A stretch of DNA of 64,000 nucleotides from Planctomycetota bacterium (GCA_013911165.1 JACETR010000003.1:170-64169), one strand, 5' to 3'. Shown: positions 9,705-20,156, counted from the stretch's first letter. Translations and numbers: made by a program. Notes: a model not told the origin generated them from the letters alone.

Positions 9705-12700
9705 ATGAAGATCTTTTCTGTAACGACATCCTGTGTCGTATCTAGCCACGCCGCTTTCAAACGGCTCGGCCTTGTATTCATGTTTGTATTTGTTTCCCTG
9801 GGAATGTCAGGCACTCCACTGACGGCGCAGAACTGCGAAACAGGTTCTGAGACGTTGGCTGCCTCGGCAACCCATGTCGACAACTCCGGTTCATGGCTGG
9901 TTCGTGGTCAGGGCAGTGAGGTCGAGCTGTTACTCGAAGATCAGGGGAGTTGGACAAGCTTCCAGACTCTTGATCTGGGATTGCAGACTCTTCACTCGCT
10001 GGATCTGGATGGAACCTTGCTTGCCATCGGCCTGGGCAATGAGGTCCGCATCCTCAGTTATGACGGTTCCAGCTGGGTCGAGGAGTTTACTTTCGGACCT
10101 GCTGATCCCGCCTCGAGTTTCGGTCACAGCGTTGCCTTGTCCGGAAACCGACTGGCTGTGGGAGATCCAAACAACAATACGATCACTTTCTACACGCGAC
10201 TCTTTACCAGTGGGCAGGCTGCTTCCTGGTTCACGAGTTCCACAAATATAGGATCTCCCGGGGGAACTCTGGGAGATGAGCTGGAAATGGTGGACGGTTA
10301 CCTTGCCGCTGCGGACAGATCACTGGGTTCCATCGAGGTCTTTGTTCCGGTGGGAAGCCCATCTTTGGAATGGGAGGCTGATTCCAGTCTGACTCTGTCG
10401 AATGTTTCCGGATTCAGCCTCCATTCTTCAGGAGCTCATCTGGATCTTTTGGTTCCTTCTGCTTCCGGTGCACAAATTTATCGTCGTGCTGGAGCAGGTT
10501 GGGACCTGCAGAGTGATTTGTCTTTCACTGCAGGAGCCCGGCAGTACAGCGTTCTCTCCGCTGACAAGGCCGTCGTGACTACGGACTGTGGTCTGAGACT
10601 CTACTCGCAGGAAGCGGGCGTATGGGATTCAGGTGTTGAACTTCGCACACTCGATGCTGCTGTGGCTTGTATGGATTTGCATGGAGCACTGGACGATTCT
10701 CCGTTGGCCTTCGGTGACGCGGGAATTTACCTGAGCACCGCCTCCGACTTGCGTCTGATTTCCGGGTTGACCTACGCCGATTGTAATGGAAACGGATTGC
10801 CCGATTCCTGTGATCTGGCTGCCGGAACTCCGGACTGTAATGGCAATGGAATACCAGATAGTTGCGACTTCGCCAATGGTGACCAGGATTGCAACTCGAA
10901 TGGTGTGATCGACGTTTGTGAGATCAATAACGGATTTGCTGAAGACTGTAACGGAAACCAGATTCCGGATACCTGCGACGCAATCAATGGCGTTCAGTTT
11001 GATACGCTTCCTCCGGTGATCGCCGGTGTCCCGGAAAATCAGGAGATCCTCCTGAACCCGGGTGTTTGTGCAGCGATTGCTGATTGGGTGGAGCCGACCG
11101 CGTCCGATATTTGCAGCAACGCCACCATCTCTTCAGATGTGGCATTGGGTTCCGAGTTGTTCCCGGGTGTCAATACGATCACCTTCACAGCCGAGGATGA
11201 TCACGGCAACCAGTCCACCGCCAGTTTCACTGTGACGGTGAGTGAAAACATCCCGCCTGTTCTTGCCCAACTTCCGTCCATACCGGATTTTGATGCGGAT
11301 CCCCAGACCTGCACTGCTATTGTCACCTGGGATGAGCCTACAGCCTCCGATATCTGTTCTGACGTGACAGTGACTTCGAGTCATCCGAATGGCTCGGAAT
11401 TCCCACTCGGAGAGACACTTGTGGTCTTCACCGCAACAGATGTCAGCGGAAATACCGATATTGACGGATTCATCGTTCGTGTTGTCGACAACTCTGCTCC
11501 CTCGATCGAGCAGTTGCCCAACATTGAAGTTTCGGCTCCCGCAACAGCTTGTAATGCCACTGTCGACTGGATCGACCCAGTGGTTTCCGATTGCACCGGT
11601 GGGGTGACCCTTACACAGAACTTTGTGCAGCCTCTTGTCGGGTTGCCAGGCGTCAGGAATGTGACCTACACGGCAACCGATGCCAATGGACTGTCATCCA
11701 CGATGACTTTCACTGTCAACATTCTTGATGACACTCCGCCGACTCTGGTGGGTCTGCCTGCGGATATGATTCTTAACACTGACCCGGGTGCCTGTGGTGC
11801 TACGGTTATTTGGGATCCGCCGACCGTGGTCGATAACTGCGATCTTGAACTGGAGCCTGTCAGTAACTTCGATCCTCCCTCCACCTTCGGTGTGGGTGTG
11901 ACGACCGTGGTTTACACGGCCATCGACCCTTCCGGTAACGAGAGGGTGGGTTCATTCACGGTGACCGTGAATGACCTGGATATCCCTGTCTTCGTCAGTA
12001 CCCCTGGACCGGTCTCTGCAGCGACCAGCACAACAGATTGCTCCGAGCCAGTGACCTGGAATCCGCCGTTAGCCGTCGACTGCTCCGCCAACCTCACCTA
12101 CACCGCTTCTCATGATCCGGGAACCCCATTCCCGTTGGGAACCACGGATGTCACTTACGAGGTTTCTGATCTTTCTGGCTTCTCGTCGACGATTACTTTC
12201 CCTGTGACAGTGACCGATGGTTTCGGTCCGGAATTCCAGGGAGTGCCTGCAGACATCACTCAAGCGGTGACTCCGGGCGAGTGCAGTTCTCTGGTGACGT
12301 GGATCGAGCCGACAGCCACTGATTCCTGTGGAACTTCAACGATCAGTGGTTCCCATGCACCGGATACCGTCTTCCCTGTTGGTGTGACTCCGGTGACATA
12401 CACGGCGATCGATGACAGTGGCAATGTCAGCACCGCGACCTTCAATGTGACCGTGACCGATGGAAATGCACCAGCATTCAGTTCGGTGGTGACCGATCAA
12501 AGTGCCGCTGCTGCCATTGGAATCTGCCAGGCCCAGATTTTCTGGGATGAGCCTACAGCCACTGACGACTGTGCAGATGTTGTCATCACATCGTCCCATG
12601 CTTCCGGATCATTCTTTGACAAGGGAGTCACGACGGTGACGTACACCGCTTCCGATGGTGGTGGTGAAGTGGACCAGTTCTCATTCAACGTGACCGTGAC

Positions 12701-15700
12701 CGACGTGGAGGCTCCGAGTCTGCTCAATATGCCTGCAGATATCACTGTGGGTAATGTTCCGGGTGCTTGTGCCAACACTGTCTTCTGGTTGACTCCGACT
12801 GCATTCGATCATTGCGAGCCGGTCGGATTTGCCGCAAGTCATGTCCCGGGAACCAGCTTCCCGGTCGGTCAGACCGAGGTGACTTACACCTCTACAGATT
12901 CTTCCGGAAACACAGCAAGCGCCAGCTTCATGATTCTCGTGGAGGATCGGGATGCCCCGACCTTTGTCGATACACTGCCGAGTTTGACGACGGTGATCGA
13001 TCCGGGAACATGCGGAGCAGTGGTAACCTGGGCCGAGCCTTTGGCGTTGGATGCTTGTGATGCAGAATTGACCATCACTTCCAATCACCAGTCAGGTGAC
13101 ATCTTCCCGGTGGGAAGCACTCTGGTGACCTACACTGCTACCGACGATTTCAATAACTCTACAAGCCTCTTCTTCAATGTGGTCGTGGAGGACAACGAAG
13201 GTCCCACGATTGTCGGGATTCCGCAGAGTTTCACTGCTGGAGTCGATGAAGGTGTTTGTGGTGCAACGGTGACATGGCAGGAGCCAGCACCTCTGGATTG
13301 CCAGTCGATGACAGTCCAAAAGAGCCATGATAATCCAGCCTTCCTTCCTCTGGGTGACACAACGGTGACTTACATCGTCACCGACGCCAGTGGAAATGCG
13401 ACCACGGATTCATTTGTGATCACGGTTGTGGACGATCGTGCTCCGACATTCACGGCATTCCCTGAAAATATCTCGGTCTCGAATGATCAGGGAACCTGTG
13501 AGGCAACCGTGACCTGGGAGCCACTGCAGACGAGTGACCCCTGTTCAACTTCCTCATTCACCTTGAGTCATGAATCAGGATCCGTCTTCCCCCAAGGGGT
13601 GACGACAGTTACAGCGACCGCAACAGACCTTTCCGGTAACAGCCGTCAACAGAGCTTTACCGTCAGCGTTCTTGATACCGAGGCTCCAGTTCTTCTGGAA
13701 GCCCCTTCTGACCCGGTTTTCGTGGGTAACAGCACTCAAGAGTGTGATGCTGTCGCAAACTGGACCGTTCCTTCCTTCATCGACAACTGTGGTGGAGCAG
13801 TCACGGTCACTTCCAATCACCAGCCCGGTGATATCTTCCCGGTGGGAGAAACTCTTGTGAGTTACTCCGCTCTGGATGCGGACCTGAATGAGACGAACCA
13901 CAGTTTCACGGTGATCGTTCTCGACACCACTGATCCGACGGTGGAACAGCTGCCTGAACCGGTACATGTTTCAACGCCGATCGATTCTTGCACTGCCATC
14001 GTCACTTGGCCTGAGCCCGTTGCGACCGATTGTGGTCAGGTTACGGCTACCAGTGACTTTGCCAACGGTGCAGAGTTGGGGATCGGATCCCATATCATTA
14101 CGTACACCTTCTCGGATGATTCCGGAAACAGCACGATGGGTTCTTTCCTCGTCGTTGTTTCTGATGGCGAGAATCCGACGATCTCGAATATGCCTCAGGA
14201 TGTGACGGTGACAAATACCACCTCCATGTGTGGGGTGAACGTGATTTGGAGTGAACCCTCGACCAGTGACTGCTCCTTCAGCAGCATGACTGCCAGTCAC
14301 TCTCCGGGAGACTTGTTCTCCACGGGTGTGACGGAGGTTCAGTACACCTCAATCGATACCGAGGGTAACCAGTCGACAGCCAGCTTCCTGGTCACAGTCC
14401 TGGATGGTGAAAGTCCGCAGATCACTAATATGCCCACCGATATCACGGTGACCGCAGATCTGGGATCTTGTCAGGCAGCAGCCACTTGGGGCGACCCGCA
14501 GGCCATCGACTGTGTGTCTGCTGAATTGGCCTCCTCGCATCTTTCCGGAAGCCTTTTCGATATCGGTACGACTGAAGTGATCTACACAGCCACCGATACT
14601 GCAGGAAACTCCTCGCAAGCCTCATTCCACGTGACAGTGATCGATCAGGAAGCACCGCAAATCGCAAACATGCCGGATACGGTGATCGTCCAAAACAGCC
14701 CGGGCCTGTGCACCGGTGTGGCCACCTGGTCTGCACCGAGTGGAACCGACTGTTCCGGAATCGCCTCCATCACGCCCTCGATTTCTTCGGGGTCCGAGTT
14801 CCCGGTGGGAACCACCACTGTGTTCTACAGCGTGATTGACAACAGTGGTCTTGAGTCCGTAGCCAGTTTCCTCGTTGAGGTTCAGGACACAGAAGCGCCG
14901 ACAATCCTCAATCTGCCTGGAACGGTAACGGTTTCCAACATCGCTGGTAACTGCTCTGGCCCGGCAACCTGGGAGACTCCTTCCACCGAAGATTGCTCGG
15001 GTTCTTTCATCACTTCTGACTACAACAGCGGGCAAATGTTTGCGCTGGGAAGCACCACCGTTACCTACACGGCAATGGATGAATGGGGCAATAGCAGTCA
15101 GTCCAGCTTTGAGGTGATTGTTGAGGATACGGAATCACCCTTCTTCACCAATCTTCCGGCGACGATGACCTTCTCAAGTACTTTGGGTACCTGTGAGGGA
15201 TTGGCAACATGGCCGATGCCCACGGCGGCGGATCTCTGTAGCGCAGCTGCAGACGTCACCGTTACTTCCAGCCACGATTCTGGATCTGTGTTTGCTATCG
15301 GAGATCACACAGTGGTCTTCACCGCAACGGATGCCAGCGGCAATGAACATGCACAGTTGGTGACGATCAGCATTGTCGATATCGAGCCGCCGACGATCAG
15401 CGACATGCCTGCAGACCTTGTGGGAACAGCGTTGATCGGCGAGTGCGGAGTACCGATGTCCTGGAATCCGCCTGTGACCTCAGACTGTTCGGATGTCACT
15501 CTCACCAGCACATTCAGTTCCGGTGACCTGATTCCGATCGGCTTGAATACCATTACCTATACAGCGACCGACAGCGCTGGAAACTCTTCCAGTGCCTCGT
15601 TCTTCATTAACGTTGCTGATGCCGAAGCGCCGACCATCAGCAACTTGCCCGAAAATGTGATTTTGACCAATGACTTCGATTCCTGTGGAGCAATCCATTC

Positions 15701-16634
15701 ATGGGTTGAGCCGACCATCGAGGACTGCAGTGATCTGATGCCCATCAGTATTTCTCACAGCAGTGGTTCTTTCTTTGAGCCGGGTATCACTGAAGTCTCT
15801 TACTCTGCGACCGATTTCTATGGAAACAGCACAACACAGAGTTTCACGGTCAATGTTGTTGACAAGGATGGTCCCCAGTTCCTGAACGTGGTTTCCTACG
15901 TTGAGTTGAACAACTATCCCGGTCTTTGCGGTGCAAATGCGTTCTGGCCAGAGCCGACGGTGGTCGACAACTGTGAAGTATCCAGTCTGCAGTCCACCGT
16001 TGAGCAGGGCGATTTCCTGCCGTTGGGTGAAACAGTGGTCAACTACGTGGCCATCGACAGTGAAGGCAACGCCAACACGACCTCGATCACGATCAATGTC
16101 ATTGATAATGAAGCTCCGCAGGTGATCAACCTTCCGGCTCACATCTTCGCCGAGCCGGATCCGTCAACCTGCACTGCGATCGTGACCTGGCAGACTCCGG
16201 AAATCTCTGACAACTGTGACGGTGGTACGATTACCAGCTCGCATGAATCGGGAACAGAGTTCGAGGTGGGAACGCACACCGTGACCGTCATCGCTACTGA
16301 CGCAGTTGGATTTGTGACGGAGGTCAGCTTCCAGATCACGGTCAATGAGTGCGGAGTGTCCTTCATTCGCGGTGACACCAACAATGACGGTGCCTTCGAC
16401 ATCTCTGACGCGATTGGAATCCTCCAGTACATCTTTGGCGGGGCCATGACCGATCCGACCTGTCTCGATTCACTGGATGAGAATGACGATGGCATGATCT
16501 CGATTGCGGATGCGATTTACCACTTCTCCCACCTCTTCTCGGGTGGTCCTGCTCCGGCAGCACCTTTCGACAGTTGTGGAGTCGACATGACGGCTGATGA
16601 TCTGGGTTGCGAGAGCTACGGCGTCTGCCCCTGA
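9705..16634 (+). CDS. Giant secreted adhesin-like protein 1 (2,309 aa): FG-GAP-like region, 4 Cys-bracketed Ca-loop repeats, 22 HYR modules and a dockerin-like C-terminus
   Basis: Single uninterrupted ORF. GGGGGAGAG lies 5 nt upstream of the ATG. The N-terminus is hydrophobic and signal-like. FG-GAP-like strings occur (FGHSVALSGNRLAVGDPNNN). I counted 22 copies of the HYR core C-x-A-x-V-x-W-x-x-P-x-x-x-D-x-C ... G-x-x-F-P-x-G-x-T-x-V-x-Y-x-x-x-D-x-x-G-N. The tail begins FIRGDTNNDG. Confidence 0.95.
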   Translation: MKIFSVTTSCVVSSHAAFKRLGLVFMFVFVSLGMSGTPLTAQNCETGSETLAASATHVDNSGSWLVRGQGSEVELLLEDQGSWTSFQTLDLGLQTLHSLDLDGTLLAIGLGNEVRILSYDGSSWVEEFTFGPADPASSFGHSVALSGNRLAVGDPNNNTITFYTRLFTSGQAASWFTSSTNIGSPGGTLGDELEMVDGYLAAADRSLGSIEVFVPVGSPSLEWEADSSLTLSNVSGFSLHSSGAHLDLLVPSASGAQIYRRAGAGWDLQSDLSFTAGARQYSVLSADKAVVTTDCGLRLYSQEAGVWDSGVELRTLDAAVACMDLHGALDDSPLAFGDAGIYLSTASDLRLISGLTYADCNGNGLPDSCDLAAGTPDCNGNGIPDSCDFANGDQDCNSNGVIDVCEINNGFAEDCNGNQIPDTCDAINGVQFDTLPPVIAGVPENQEILLNPGVCAAIADWVEPTASDICSNATISSDVALGSELFPGVNTITFTAEDDHGNQSTASFTVTVSENIPPVLAQLPSIPDFDADPQTCTAIVTWDEPTASDICSDVTVTSSHPNGSEFPLGETLVVFTATDVSGNTDIDGFIVRVVDNSAPSIEQLPNIEVSAPATACNATVDWIDPVVSDCTGGVTLTQNFVQPLVGLPGVRNVTYTATDANGLSSTMTFTVNILDDTPPTLVGLPADMILNTDPGACGATVIWDPPTVVDNCDLELEPVSNFDPPSTFGVGVTTVVYTAIDPSGNERVGSFTVTVNDLDIPVFVSTPGPVSAATSTTDCSEPVTWNPPLAVDCSANLTYTASHDPGTPFPLGTTDVTYEVSDLSGFSSTITFPVTVTDGFGPEFQGVPADITQAVTPGECSSLVTWIEPTATDSCGTSTISGSHAPDTVFPVGVTPVTYTAIDDSGNVSTATFNVTVTDGNAPAFSSVVTDQSAAAAIGICQAQIFWDEPTATDDCADVVITSSHASGSFFDKGVTTVTYTASDGGGEVDQFSFNVTVTDVEAPSLLNMPADITVGNVPGACANTVFWLTPTAFDHCEPVGFAASHVPGTSFPVGQTEVTYTSTDSSGNTASASFMILVEDRDAPTFVDTLPSLTTVIDPGTCGAVVTWAEPLALDACDAELTITSNHQSGDIFPVGSTLVTYTATDDFNNSTSLFFNVVVEDNEGPTIVGIPQSFTAGVDEGVCGATVTWQEPAPLDCQSMTVQKSHDNPAFLPLGDTTVTYIVTDASGNATTDSFVITVVDDRAPTFTAFPENISVSNDQGTCEATVTWEPLQTSDPCSTSSFTLSHESGSVFPQGVTTVTATATDLSGNSRQQSFTVSVLDTEAPVLLEAPSDPVFVGNSTQECDAVANWTVPSFIDNCGGAVTVTSNHQPGDIFPVGETLVSYSALDADLNETNHSFTVIVLDTTDPTVEQLPEPVHVSTPIDSCTAIVTWPEPVATDCGQVTATSDFANGAELGIGSHIITYTFSDDSGNSTMGSFLVVVSDGENPTISNMPQDVTVTNTTSMCGVNVIWSEPSTSDCSFSSMTASHSPGDLFSTGVTEVQYTSIDTEGNQSTASFLVTVLDGESPQITNMPTDITVTADLGSCQAAATWGDPQAIDCVSAELASSHLSGSLFDIGTTEVIYTATDTAGNSSQASFHVTVIDQEAPQIANMPDTVIVQNSPGLCTGVATWSAPSGTDCSGIASITPSISSGSEFPVGTTTVFYSVIDNSGLESVASFLVEVQDTEAPTILNLPGTVTVSNIAGNCSGPATWETPSTEDCSGSFITSDYNSGQMFALGSTTVTYTAMDEWGNSSQSSFEVIVEDTESPFFTNLPATMTFSSTLGTCEGLATWPMPTAADLCSAAADVTVTSSHDSGSVFAIGDHTVVFTATDASGNEHAQLVTISIVDIEPPTISDMPADLVGTALIGECGVPMSWNPPVTSDCSDVTLTSTFSSGDLIPIGLNTITYTATDSAGNSSSASFFINVADAEAPTISNLPENVILTNDFDSCGAIHSWVEPTIEDCSDLMPISISHSSGSFFEPGITEVSYSATDFYGNSTTQSFTVNVVDKDGPQFLNVVSYVELNNYPGLCGANAFWPEPTVVDNCEVSSLQSTVEQGDFLPLGETVVNYVAIDSEGNANTTSITINVIDNEAPQVINLPAHIFAEPDPSTCTAIVTWQTPEISDNCDGGTITSSHESGTEFEVGTHTVTVIATDAVGFVTEVSFQITVNECGVSFIRGDTNNDGAFDISDAIGILQYIFGGAMTDPTCLDSLDENDDGMISIADAIYHFSHLFSGGPAPAAPFDSCGVDMTADDLGCESYGVCP
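10779..11000 (+). repeat. 4 tandem 18-19-aa Cys-bracketed EF-hand-like loops (DCNGNGxPDxCD)
   Basis: DCNGNGLPDSCDLAAGTP / DCNGNGIPDSCDFANGDQ / DCNSNGVIDVCEINNGFAE / DCNGNQIPDTCDAINGVQF, read in frame. Confidence 0.85.
11001..16350 (+). repeat. Array of 22 HYR (hyalin-repeat) modules, ~81 aa / 243 nt each
   Basis: Hand count of the C..W..P...D.C cores, from CAAIADWVEPTASDICSN to CTAIVTWQTPEISDNCDG. The array length divided by 243 nt gives about 22. Confidence 0.85.
16362..16631 (+). other. Dockerin-like module with Cys-rich tail (giant 1)
   Basis: FIRGDTNNDGAFDISDAIGILQYIF...PTCLDSLDENDDGMISIADAIYHFSHLF...SCGVDMTADDLGCESYGVCP-stop. Confidence 0.75.
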
Positions 16635-16655
16635 TCAATGCTGAAATCTGGATTT

Positions 16656-16694
16656 GCGGCTCCGATGGGATTCCCATCGGAGCCGCATTTTTTT
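16656..16694 (+). terminator. Rho-independent terminator after giant gene 1
   Basis: The stem gcggctccgatggg (16656-16669) pairs with cccatcggagccgc (16673-16686) across a 3-nt loop. It is followed by ATTTTTTT (16687-16694). Confidence 0.85.
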
Positions 16695-16754
16695 GATCGA
16701 AGTCTCCATCTCCTCGTTTAATCTGCATGCTCCTTAATCTGCTGATCCGGAGGA

Positions 16755-19700
16755 ATGATGGTCGCTAATTGGGTTCTCATATTGTCCTTGCTGGCATTCA
16801 GTCAGGATGGTTCCACCGAGGCTGCTGCAGATTCTTCTCTTCAGCCCTGGCCCCAGGGAGCACTGGAGGCTCTTGAGAGAATTCGAACCCCGGAAGGGGT
16901 CTCCAAACGCATCATTGCAGCGGGTCCCCTCGTCAGGGATCCGGTGGCCTTTGCTGTTGACCATCGGGGAAGGGCATATGTTTGCGAATCGGAACGTCAG
17001 GAATACGGCGTTGAAGACAATCGCTCCAGTCCGTTCTGGTTGCAGGATGATCTGGCTCTGCAGACGGTGGATGACCGCCTCGCCATGTATGAAAAACACA
17101 AGGATCGTCGCCTGGACGGAATGGGATATTACAGCGCACGCGAGGATCGGCTGACCTGCCTGAGCGATGAAGATGGGGATGGCATCATGGATACGGTGAA
17201 ACCCTTCACCGATCCATTTGCTGAACCACTGGATGGCACACTTGCTGGCGTTCTCGTCGATGAGGGAACTGCCTGGATTACCAATATTCCCCATTTGTGG
17301 ATTGCTACCGATGAGAATCAGGATGGTCAGGCCGAATCACGAAGGTCTGCCCAAAGGGGTTTTGGCGTTCGCATCGCCTTGCGTGGGCACGATATGCACG
17401 GGCTGGTCCGCGGCCCGGATGGGCGTATTTACTTCTCCATCGGTGACCGGGGTTTTTATCTGCAAACCGCTGATGGAAGACTTTTGCACGATGCCGGCTC
17501 AGGTGCAGTTTTCCGGTGTGAGCCGGATGGCTCTGCACTCGAAGTGGTGCATGTGGGGCTGCGCAATCCCCAGGAGCTCGCTTTCAATGACTTCGGAGAC
17601 CTTTTCACCGGTGACAACAATTCCGACGCGGGAGACCGGGCGCGTATCGTTCAGATCTTGCCTGGTGGGGAGACCGGTTGGCGCATGGAGTACCAGACTC
17701 TGGAAGGTGGCAATCAACGGGGGCCGTGGAATCAGGAAGGAATCTGGCAGGTGGAGCACCCGCTCAGACCTCGATGGGCATCGCCTCCGATTACCTCTCT
17801 GGGGAGTGGTCCTTCGGGATTGGTTTACCATCCCGGGACAGGATTTCGCTCCGATTTGGCGGGCAGTTTCTTCATGTGTGATTTCCGTGGTGACCCGGCG
17901 GCCTCTCTTCTGTGGAGGTTTCGCCTCGAGCCGGATGGAGCGGGGTATCGACTCTCGGAAAAGGAAAAGTTTATCGAGGGCGTCCTGTGTACAGATGTCG
18001 ATTTCACACCGAATGGGGCCTTGTGGATTTCTGCATGGGGGGGCGGTTGGGTTTCGACTGATCGCGGGCGGCTTTTTGAGTTCACCGATTCCGAAGGATT
18101 GCGCCCGCCCGTTGAAATGGGAGTCCAGGATCTGCTGACACGCAATGATCTGGATTCATTTGCTGCGGATCGGTTGGCGGGGGCGGTCACTCTCGAAAAT
18201 TGGCTGGGTTCCGCAGATCGCCGGGTTCGTCAGCGTATCCAGAACCACCTCGCCTCAGGAGGAGAAAAAGAAGCCGATCTTCTGGTCTCCATCGCACGGG
18301 GTGGAAAATCGGCTACCGAAAATCTGTTGGGCAGAATCCATGCACTTTGGGGATTGGAACAATGGACGCGTCGAAACCCCGGAGATCAGGGACAACGATT
18401 GTTGTCATTGGCCTCTCTGGAGGGTGACCCCCACGAAGAGGTCCGTCGTCAATTGGCACGGGTAATCGGGGATGGAGCAGGGACCCGTGGAAAGTCTGTG
18501 TTGATTCGGTTGTTGGAGGATCCCTCTCCCCGGGTTCGATCTTCAGCAGCATTGGCACTCGCAAAATTCGGTGTCCCCGAAGCTCGCGAGGATTTTTTCA
18601 GAATCGGTCTGGAGGCCGCCGCCGACGACCCGGTTCTTCATCATTCCGCAGTGATGGCTCTGGCGGGATCCTGTACAGAGGCTGAGCTTCTGCTGGAAGG
18701 CTTGTCGAGAGACTCTTCAAAGGAACGAAGAATGTTGGCTCTGCTGGCACTTCGCAAAAAACATCACCCCTGGTGGCTCTTTTCAGGAAAGCAGGGCAAT
18801 GTTGATGTCGCTGCGACTGAGCGAACTGAGCCCTTTGACCCGGCGGATCTTCTGCAATCGGGATTGCGATACAAGTTGAATGAAACGGGTTCCACTCTTG
18901 CCAGACCGGTTGCCCCTTCTCTGGCCCATTTTCTCAATGATGCAGATCCGGAGATCGTGGCAGAGGCAGCCCGGGCTATCCACGATCTGGATTGCACGGA
19001 GGCGATGAGTCCTCTGGCGGATCTGCTGATTCAGTGGTCGAAGATGCCTGCGGAAGAAGTGGCGGCCATGGGCGATTGGATCTGGCCGACGGGAAGAAGG
19101 GTGATCGATGCTGCCCAGCGTCATGGTGGGGCCCGACATCTCATAGCATTGGTCGAATTCGCCGGACGGACGGACGCCCCTGATGGGTTGCGTCGATTGG
19201 CATTGCAGGCTGCCGCCGAATGGAATTCTCCTCCCTCGAGAGAGGGAGTGAGAGGGCTGGTCAGGCCGGTGGAGCCTGAACAGCGGCCACAGGATTTCGT
19301 TCCCCGGGAAGTGATCGAAGACCCTCTTGGTCCATTGCTGAAGACCGGTTCCCTGAAAGGAGTGGCACTGAAAGTCGCTCTGGTTCATGGGATTGAGCTG
19401 GACCCATCCATCAACAGAACAGTTCTCGAGTCAGCGGAGCAGACTGCCGAATTCAGGATTCAGGCTCTCGAACAGTTACAGACCGTAATCTCAGCGGAGG
19501 AGCTGGCTGTCATTCTGAAACCTCTCGTTGGAAAAGGTGAAGCCAGTCTGCAACTGAGAATGGGTGAAGCATTGCAGGCGGAATCAGACCGACCGACTTA
19601 TCTGATGAACACCTACGAGCAGGGCGGAGAGTTGTCGCTACGTCAGTTGGCGATTCGGCGTCTGGCACAGCAGTATTCTGGCAAGGCCGGAGTGGTCGAC

Positions 19701-20156
19701 TGGTTGATACGACAGCTGGACCGTCTCGATCAGGGAGAAGTGAAACCGGAACTGACTCTCGATGTATTGAGAGCCTGTGAAGAGTCCGGCTCCGATTCTT
19801 TGCTGGAGCGTGCGCTCTCCAAAAGAATGGGGACCGATGAGGATCGGGTTGACGACCATTTCTGGGCACTCGCAGGGGGCAATGCAGTCAGGGGACAGAA
19901 GGTTTTTACAGAGCACCCGGCGGCCCAGTGTCTTCGGTGTCACCAGAGAGATGGAAATGGAGGGGTTTCCGGACCTGGTCTGGACGGACTCAGGGATCGC
20001 CGGGACCGGCGTCATATTCTGCAAAGCATCGTCGATCCATCCGCCGAAATCACCGAGGGGTACAGTGCCGAAAATGGCCTGTCTGCCATGCCGGAAGTGC
20101 ACTGGATTCTGGAACCGGAGGAGATCCGCGACCTGCTGGAATATCTCGGGAGTTAA
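16755..20156 (+). CDS. PVC-type membrane-bound dehydrogenase-domain / HEAT-repeat / C-terminal heme-binding (CxxCH) protein
   Basis: 1,133-aa ORF with a signal peptide. The N-terminal region is beta-propeller-like, resembling the soluble glucose/sorbosone dehydrogenase type (GLRNPQELAFNDFGDLFTGDNNSD). The central part has HEAT-like repeats (DPSPRVRSSAALALAKFG). The C-terminal cytochrome c motif is AAQCLRCHQRDGNG...ILQSIVDPSAEI, typical of the Pirellula/Verrucomicrobium-type heme-binding domain. Confidence 0.85.
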   Translation: MMVANWVLILSLLAFSQDGSTEAAADSSLQPWPQGALEALERIRTPEGVSKRIIAAGPLVRDPVAFAVDHRGRAYVCESERQEYGVEDNRSSPFWLQDDLALQTVDDRLAMYEKHKDRRLDGMGYYSAREDRLTCLSDEDGDGIMDTVKPFTDPFAEPLDGTLAGVLVDEGTAWITNIPHLWIATDENQDGQAESRRSAQRGFGVRIALRGHDMHGLVRGPDGRIYFSIGDRGFYLQTADGRLLHDAGSGAVFRCEPDGSALEVVHVGLRNPQELAFNDFGDLFTGDNNSDAGDRARIVQILPGGETGWRMEYQTLEGGNQRGPWNQEGIWQVEHPLRPRWASPPITSLGSGPSGLVYHPGTGFRSDLAGSFFMCDFRGDPAASLLWRFRLEPDGAGYRLSEKEKFIEGVLCTDVDFTPNGALWISAWGGGWVSTDRGRLFEFTDSEGLRPPVEMGVQDLLTRNDLDSFAADRLAGAVTLENWLGSADRRVRQRIQNHLASGGEKEADLLVSIARGGKSATENLLGRIHALWGLEQWTRRNPGDQGQRLLSLASLEGDPHEEVRRQLARVIGDGAGTRGKSVLIRLLEDPSPRVRSSAALALAKFGVPEAREDFFRIGLEAAADDPVLHHSAVMALAGSCTEAELLLEGLSRDSSKERRMLALLALRKKHHPWWLFSGKQGNVDVAATERTEPFDPADLLQSGLRYKLNETGSTLARPVAPSLAHFLNDADPEIVAEAARAIHDLDCTEAMSPLADLLIQWSKMPAEEVAAMGDWIWPTGRRVIDAAQRHGGARHLIALVEFAGRTDAPDGLRRLALQAAAEWNSPPSREGVRGLVRPVEPEQRPQDFVPREVIEDPLGPLLKTGSLKGVALKVALVHGIELDPSINRTVLESAEQTAEFRIQALEQLQTVISAEELAVILKPLVGKGEASLQLRMGEALQAESDRPTYLMNTYEQGGELSLRQLAIRRLAQQYSGKAGVVDWLIRQLDRLDQGEVKPELTLDVLRACEESGSDSLLERALSKRMGTDEDRVDDHFWALAGGNAVRGQKVFTEHPAAQCLRCHQRDGNGGVSGPGLDGLRDRRDRRHILQSIVDPSAEITEGYSAENGLSAMPEVHWILEPEEIRDLLEYLGS

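Noticed and set aside
16734-17294. 186-aa minus-strand ORF at the start of the PVC-type dehydrogenase gene.
   Set aside because: It is antisense to a 1,133-aa ORF with coherent domain structure, and I recognise no motifs in it.
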